Shown here in pieces: positions 58,038-64,000 of a stretch of 64,000 nt of DNA. The translations under genes and the position numbers were made by a program. This stretch comes from a virus (Duplodnaviria; Caudoviricetes). The DNA lies in IMG/VR virus record IMGVR_UViG_3300029705_000021; one strand, given 5' to 3'. How positions within the stretch are numbered: the first letter of the stretch is position 1; each line of letters opens with the position of its first letter. The notes beneath the pieces are model-generated. The model was given only the letters and a program-made list of their open reading frames with translations. It did no database searches and was not told where the DNA came from.

Positions 58038-59603
58038 ATGATAGTGATTAATTTATTTGGAACTCCAGGAGCTGGCAAATGCTTTGGTAAAAATACAGAA
58101 GTCTTAATGTATGATGGAACTATAAAATATATACAAGATATAAAAGTTGGTGATATAGTTATGGGAGATGACAGTACACCAAGACATGTATTAAATTTAC
58201 ATCGTGGTGTTTCTAAATTATATGAATTAAACATTAATAAAAGTGAAAATATTATAGTAAGCGAAAATCATATTTTATGTATTACAAGACAAAAAAGATA
58301 TGCTAGAAAACATATAAACGAATGGATTACAAAAGATATTTCTATTGAAGATTATTTTTCTATGACAAAAAGTTATAAAGAAAAGTGTAAGCTATATCAA
58401 GTTCCAGTAATATATGAAGAAAAAGAATTAAAAATAGATCCTTATTATCTTGGTATTTGGTTAGGAGATGGATTATCTGAATCATTAACAAGATTCTGTT
58501 CTGCAGATAATGAAATAATTGATTGGTGTGACCAATACGCAGAAAGATTAGGTATCAAATTAAAACAGCATAGTTTTAAAGAAGGAAAATGTCAAACATA
58601 TTGCTTTTCAGAAGGAAATAATGGAAACCATTCAAATCATCCTATTGCTAAATATAATCGAGATTATAATTTAGTTAATAATAAACATATACCTCTTGAT
58701 TATTTGACATCATCTGAAGATCAACGTTTAAAATTATTGGCTGGTTTAATAGACTCGGACGGTTATTTAAATCGTGGTAATTTTATTGAAATAACACAAA
58801 AGAATATAGTTCTTGCTGATGATATTGTAAGATTATGTTGTTCTTTAGGAATGAATGCTCAGAAAAAATATGTATATAAAAAAGCACAAACAATGGATAA
58901 AAATGCACAAGGTAATAGATATTGTAGAATTTCTATATCTGGTGATTTAAGAAAAATTCCAACAAAACTACCAAGAAAAAAGGTGATTAATCAAAATCCA
59001 GTTAATAATTCATTACATCATGGTTTTTCTATAAATGATTATGGAACAGGAGAATATTTTGGCATTGAAACAGATGGTAATCAAAAATTTTTACTTAAAA
59101 ATTGCATGGTAGTACATAACTCGACAGGGGCTGCATATGTATTTTCACAGTTAAAAATGCAAGGAATTAATGCAGAACTTATAACTGAATTTGCAAAAGA
59201 TAAAGTATGGGAAAATAATGATGAGGCATTTAAAAATCAAGCTTATTTATTTGGTAAGCAGAGTTATAGAATGAGTCGTTGTAAAGATAAAGTTGAATGC
59301 ATTATTACAGATAGTCCTCTCCCATTATCTATTTTTTATAATAATGATAAAGAAGTATTAGGTGAGAATTTCAACAAAACTGTTATGGACGTATTTAATT
59401 CATATAACAATTTAAATTATTTATTAATTAGAACTAAGCCTTATAACCCAATTGGTAGACATCAAACAGAAGAAGAATCTGATAAATTAAAAGCACAAAT
59501 GGTATCTTTATTGACAGATAGAAATATTTCTTATACAGAAACTACAGGTGATATTGAAGGATATCAGAAAATTATTGATGAGGCAATGAAGTTATTAAGA
59601 TAG
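58038..59603 (+). CDS. P-loop nucleotide kinase-like protein (AAA_28/NadR-like) interrupted by an intein
   Basis: INLFGTPGAGK|intein|STGAA restores Walker A GAGKST; EFAKD, ITDSP, GR.Q motifs; 174-aa spliced product. Confidence 0.85.
   Translation: MIVINLFGTPGAGKCFGKNTEVLMYDGTIKYIQDIKVGDIVMGDDSTPRHVLNLHRGVSKLYELNINKSENIIVSENHILCITRQKRYARKHINEWITKDISIEDYFSMTKSYKEKCKLYQVPVIYEEKELKIDPYYLGIWLGDGLSESLTRFCSADNEIIDWCDQYAERLGIKLKQHSFKEGKCQTYCFSEGNNGNHSNHPIAKYNRDYNLVNNKHIPLDYLTSSEDQRLKLLAGLIDSDGYLNRGNFIEITQKNIVLADDIVRLCCSLGMNAQKKYVYKKAQTMDKNAQGNRYCRISISGDLRKIPTKLPRKKVINQNPVNNSLHHGFSINDYGTGEYFGIETDGNQKFLLKNCMVVHNSTGAAYVFSQLKMQGINAELITEFAKDKVWENNDEAFKNQAYLFGKQSYRMSRCKDKVECIITDSPLPLSIFYNNDKEVLGENFNKTVMDVFNSYNNLNYLLIRTKPYNPIGRHQTEEESDKLKAQMVSLLTDRNISYTETTGDIEGYQKIIDEAMKLLR
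58080..59120 (+). mobile_element. Intein with LAGLIDADG homing endonuclease (347 aa)
   Basis: Begins CFGKNTEVLMYDG; block B SENH; LGIWLGDG and LAGLIDSDG; ends VVHN before a Ser. Confidence 0.93.
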
Positions 59604-61771
59604 AAAGGAGTAATAAATATGAAGGTAAAAAGAAATTTATTAATTTTATTAACAATACTACTCTTCTCTTTTACACTGGCTGGCTGCGAATCAGAAACCG
59701 TTGCAGTTAATGTTGAGAATAGCGAAAATATTAATGGTACAGCGTTTGGGAGAAGTGTAATGGTAGCAATTGGAGATGGATTATGGTATGATTCCACTAC
59801 AAAAATCGTATATTGGTGGAACGGTAGTTTATTTCAATCTTGTGCAGATTTTTCTACTACTCCTTCACCATACTACGCTCCTAATGGATTGCCATATAGA
59901 TATAATCCTGAAACAAATACATTTGAAGAAATTGAGGTAGATTAATGGACAATATAGAATTTTATTGGGACGATATTTTTCTAGAATTACATAACGGAGA
60001 AACAGAAAATTTTGAAGAATTATTGATAGAAAAGAATAATTCATTACAAGAAAAAAGTTGTGATCATAACTGCGAAGACTGTTGGTGTAGTTGTACAAAG
60101 GAGGATTAAATGAATAATATATTAGCAGCACAAGTATTACGCTCTCACTTACCTGAAATAACAGACGGAGCTTATAAAACTGCAACTGAAGTTGCTATTG
60201 AAACTTTGTATATGGATGCTATAGATGATTGGCACACCAGATATGAAGGTGAATTATCTGCAAGAGAATATTTAGGATTAACAGAAGATGAATATTCACA
60301 TTGGATTTGTGGCAATGAAGTTATAATAAATCCAATAACAAATGAAGTTGTAGGATATAAAATTGATAAAAGTTTAGAAGAAGTTTATAAGGAGAATTTA
60401 AAATGAGAATTAATTATAGAAATTGCGAAATTGAATGTAATAGAGAAGGTGAATGTCTCTTCTATTCTATTTTTGATGAAGATGGATTTGAAGTAGATTC
60501 TGGGTTTAGTTATTGTAGCGACACCGTTAGAGATTATATTAAGGCGTTAAAGACAACAGTAGATGATTATATTGAGCATCCTGAAGATTACAAAGATGAA
60601 AATGAGGCTGAAGATTTAGAAGATGACGAAGATGATGATAACGAAATGTATCAAATTACTCCACAAGGCATAGCTGCTCTCTCACTGTTACAGTGCGGAT
60701 TGGTTGAACATATGGATGATCCGAGAATAAATGGTTTCTGGGCATTATTTGAAAGCGGTATGATAAAGAGTGGTTATATTGTGGAGGAGGATGAATGTTA
60801 GTAGGAACTTATACTGCAAAATACATAGGTAAAACATTGTGTGGATTTATTAACTCTCACGAATATCTTATTAAGATAGGCAAAGACGAATACTGTTATG
60901 GAATAGAAGGAATTGTAGATATAACAGAGGATGAAGATACTACTGCTTATATAACTTATGCTAGTGAGAAAAGTGTAAAGAGAAACTGGGATATTAAAGA
61001 AGACGTAACACAGTTAGGTGGTGAATAAAATGGCTTTAGGATTAAAGGGATCTTGGAAAGAAACAAAAGGATGGAAACTGACACATAGATTAAGAGAATT
61101 AAAATGGGATCTTAAATATGCTTGGCAAAGAGCTTGGCGTGGTTGGGATTCTAGAGATATGTTTAATATGGATACTAGCTTTATAGACAGACAAAAGGAA
61201 ATTTTGAAAAGATATAGAGAAGTACATAGTGGATTATTTAATGTCCCTGTAGAATACAGAGATAAATTTAGTCAAGATTATTTTGAAGATGATGACACTG
61301 ATATGATTATTGATACTATGATTTTTCATTTAGAAATGATGAATGAAGATTATGTTAAAAAGTTACTTTACGGAAAGAATGTATATGATAATTATTATGA
61401 TTGGAAGAATTATACTATTGAGAAAACCAAACGTATCTCTTCTATTGTTAATCAAAATAAAGAAGCTTTCATGAAATTGTTTAATATTTTCTTCTGGCAA
61501 TTATGGGATTAAATTAACGAATATGACTCAAATTTTGATTTTTATATTTTAGACGAACAAGTTTACACTGAAACTGTTTTGATTCAAATTTGAACTGCGA
61601 GGACATTAAAAGGCTTTAAATTAAGTATCGAGAAAGGTGCGATGATGGGTAAGTATTCAGATTACAAAAAGAAAGCAAGTGCTGAATGTCATTATTGTGA
61701 TTATTGTACTTGTCGCAAAGGACATAAATGTAATTGGTTCAAACGTTTTGTAAAGAAGTATAAAAATAAAT

Positions 61772-61855
61772 AAACTAATTAATTTTAAAAATTATGCTTG
61801 ACAATTAATGGAAGTTATGATAAGATGGCACTAACAAGAGAGTTGGTGTCATCTT
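61772..61855 (+). promoter_or_regulatory. Operator, promoter and overlapping hairpin upstream of the amidoligase
   Basis: AAACTAATTAA 61772-82; TTGACA 61798-803, 17 bp, TAAGAT 61821-26; hairpin AAGATGGCACTAAC/GTTGGTGTCATCTT followed by TT. Confidence 0.65.
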
Positions 61856-61948
61856 TTGTGTATAAAGAATACACATTTTTAATTATAGATTACACTAATT
61901 AATATTATAAATACATATAAAATATTAACAAAAAGAAAGGAAATTATT

Positions 61949-63859
61949 ATGATTTTATTACCTGATATAAGAATTGATGGAAATATTTTAAGTATTCAAG
62001 AACCATTTACTTTAAATGGTTATTTGGTTACTGATATTGATATAATAGAAATGGAGATGTCTTATCATACTATTCCGTCTGGAAGAATTAGAATTAAAAA
62101 TGAAACTAATTATAATGTCGAAATAGGATTTGAAAACCTTAATTATTGTTTTACTAGAGAAATGGATTCTTTTCTTCTCAGATATGGAAGTGATGCTCAT
62201 GTTGAGGGGAGACGTGATAGAACAGATTGGAGTCATTATAATTTTTTTAAATATACTGATGAAATAAAAGAGCAATGTCGTAAAATTCGTGAAGCTGGAT
62301 ATAATTACGGTCGCTATAGTTATTTAAACGCTTTAAGAGCAGACCTTAGAAGACAAGGTAGAGTTGCAGGAGAATTTAGAAATCTTGAATCTTGTAGTAT
62401 AATAAACAATCCATTCGTAAACGAATTTGACGCAACATGGTATGGTAGCAGTGTGACTAATTATCTTCAACCTACATTTGGTGTAGATATAAATACTGCA
62501 AGAAATGCTTGTATCACTTTATCTAATGGAATGAGAGGAGTTTGTACTGTACCTGAAACAATACGTGAATATATTCATAAGCATAATTATAAACCAAGAT
62601 ATATTCATCATTATATGCCTAATGAGAAAGAAGATACTACTCTTCTACTTGGTGCGGAAATTGAAGTAGATTGTGGCGGTGAATCTGAAGAACATGCAAA
62701 AAATGTATTAGAAATCATTTGTGGTATTAACCCAGATAATAATTCTGAAGCATTAGAAGATAAAATGTATTGCACACATGATGGATCATTGAAAAATGGA
62801 ATTGAATTTGATACTATGCCATGTTCATTAGCGTATCATAAATACAAAATGAGATACAAAGAAATGTTTAAGTATCTTGATGAACATGGATATAAAGCAC
62901 ATGATACTACTACTTGTGGGTTACATATTCATGCTGATAGAAAATATCTTGGTAAATCAGAATTAATACAGCAATTAACTATTTCAAAGATTTTATATAT
63001 TCTTGAAAAGTTTAATGATGAGATTTGTGTTATTGCGAGAAGAGGCAATAGCTATAGTAAATTTGTAGGTAACGGAAAAGATGAAAAGTCTATTATTGAA
63101 TTGTATGGTAAGTATAAAAATCAAGATAAGCATGTTGCATTAAATTTAAAACACGAAAAAAGTATTGAGTTTAGATGTTTTAAAGGAACATTAAAGTATG
63201 AGACATTTATTCTTACTCTTGAGTTTGTACAAAACATTATTGATTATGCTAAATCTATCAATATTGAAGAAATTGAAAAAATGAGATGGTCAGATTTGAT
63301 GGATACTTTTTCTGATGGGTTAAAAGAGTATTATAATGAGAGACTTGAGAAAGAAAAACAGAATAAGAAAAAAGAAGAAGAGAAAAAAGAAAGTATTACT
63401 ACTACGTGGAGAGTTGATAGTATTAATCTTAACAATACAACAATAGATACAGGAAGACTTTATATAAACGATGGAGATTGTATACGATCTATAGCTTCTT
63501 TGAATTCTATTGAACCTGAACCTATATATGCTGATATTGATACAGATTGGAGTAGAGCTGGAAGAAATTTATTTAATAATAGTATTGGTACTATATCTGC
63601 AGAAATAGAATCCTCAGCAAGAGGATTTTGGGAAAATTTAGTAATAACTAATAATGGTTGGAATATCATTAACAGTAATAGTTCTACAAAATCAGAAGAA
63701 GAAAAACTTAAAGATAAAATTAATTCTTTAAAGAAGAAAATAAAGAATAGTAATAATTTTATGGAAAAGAAAAATTTACAAAAAGAACTTAATGAAACAC
63801 AAAAAGAACTCAAGAAAGAAAAGAAAAAGAATAGACTAAATAATAATACAGAAAGATAG
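61949..63859 (+). CDS. Phage amidoligase (COOH-NH2 ligase type) with N- and C-terminal extensions
   Basis: GAEIEV, DGSL..GIEF, TCGLHIH, ALN, IEFR motifs. Confidence 0.85.
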   Translation: MILLPDIRIDGNILSIQEPFTLNGYLVTDIDIIEMEMSYHTIPSGRIRIKNETNYNVEIGFENLNYCFTREMDSFLLRYGSDAHVEGRRDRTDWSHYNFFKYTDEIKEQCRKIREAGYNYGRYSYLNALRADLRRQGRVAGEFRNLESCSIINNPFVNEFDATWYGSSVTNYLQPTFGVDINTARNACITLSNGMRGVCTVPETIREYIHKHNYKPRYIHHYMPNEKEDTTLLLGAEIEVDCGGESEEHAKNVLEIICGINPDNNSEALEDKMYCTHDGSLKNGIEFDTMPCSLAYHKYKMRYKEMFKYLDEHGYKAHDTTTCGLHIHADRKYLGKSELIQQLTISKILYILEKFNDEICVIARRGNSYSKFVGNGKDEKSIIELYGKYKNQDKHVALNLKHEKSIEFRCFKGTLKYETFILTLEFVQNIIDYAKSINIEEIEKMRWSDLMDTFSDGLKEYYNERLEKEKQNKKKEEEKKESITTTWRVDSINLNNTTIDTGRLYINDGDCIRSIASLNSIEPEPIYADIDTDWSRAGRNLFNNSIGTISAEIESSARGFWENLVITNNGWNIINSNSSTKSEEEKLKDKINSLKKKIKNSNNFMEKKNLQKELNETQKELKKEKKKNRLNNNTER

Positions 63860-64000
63860 TGGAGTTCAAGAGAATATTATGCTGGCATCGTAGATGCTTG
63901 CAACTCGGATTTTCCGAGTGCAATAACTTCGTTTATATTAGTTATATTCGTCTTATATTAGTTAGAATGTAAAATGTTACATACTTAGTACACAACTTTT

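Overview
AT-rich segment of a large, probably temperate, SPbeta-like Firmicutes (likely Clostridia) phage or prophage. Bases ~590-49,240 are a long minus-strand arm of mostly small hypothetical genes. It includes an NAD-dependent DNA ligase, a frameshifted metallophosphoesterase, YopX, a yopP/yopQ/yopR(MrpR)-like lysogeny-control trio, two methyltransferases, a GP88-like protein, a PC4/YdbC protein, an orphan HicA-like protein, ParB-like proteins and a 450-aa reverse transcriptase (RT). After a ~1.1 kb non-coding switch (49.25-50.34 kb) genes run on the plus strand: a second YopX, a SLOG protein, an NMN adenylyltransferase, an intein-split P-loop kinase and an amidoligase. The main finding lies downstream of the RT (21.76-27.0 kb): nine ~130-210 nt non-coding units, five of them in a tandem array. 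Each has a conserved scaffold (ACTCA..., TTCTTTAAT-N3-TTCATAT, TAAAT, TTGCNTTG), a closing stem whose two arms co-vary from unit to unit at fixed spacing, and a unique hairpin or three-way-junction core. One unit starts right at a consensus minus-strand promoter. This looks like one RT serving an array of retron-like template RNAs, an arrangement I cannot match to retrons, DGRs, group II introns or CRISPR-RT. Also noted: a window-wide promoter-overlapping operator (AAACTAATTAA), a 17-bp gene-junction motif, a promoter-to-terminator ~330-nt candidate ncRNA and two unannotated basic micro-peptides. All family assignments come from motif recognition by eye; no searches or folding programs were run.
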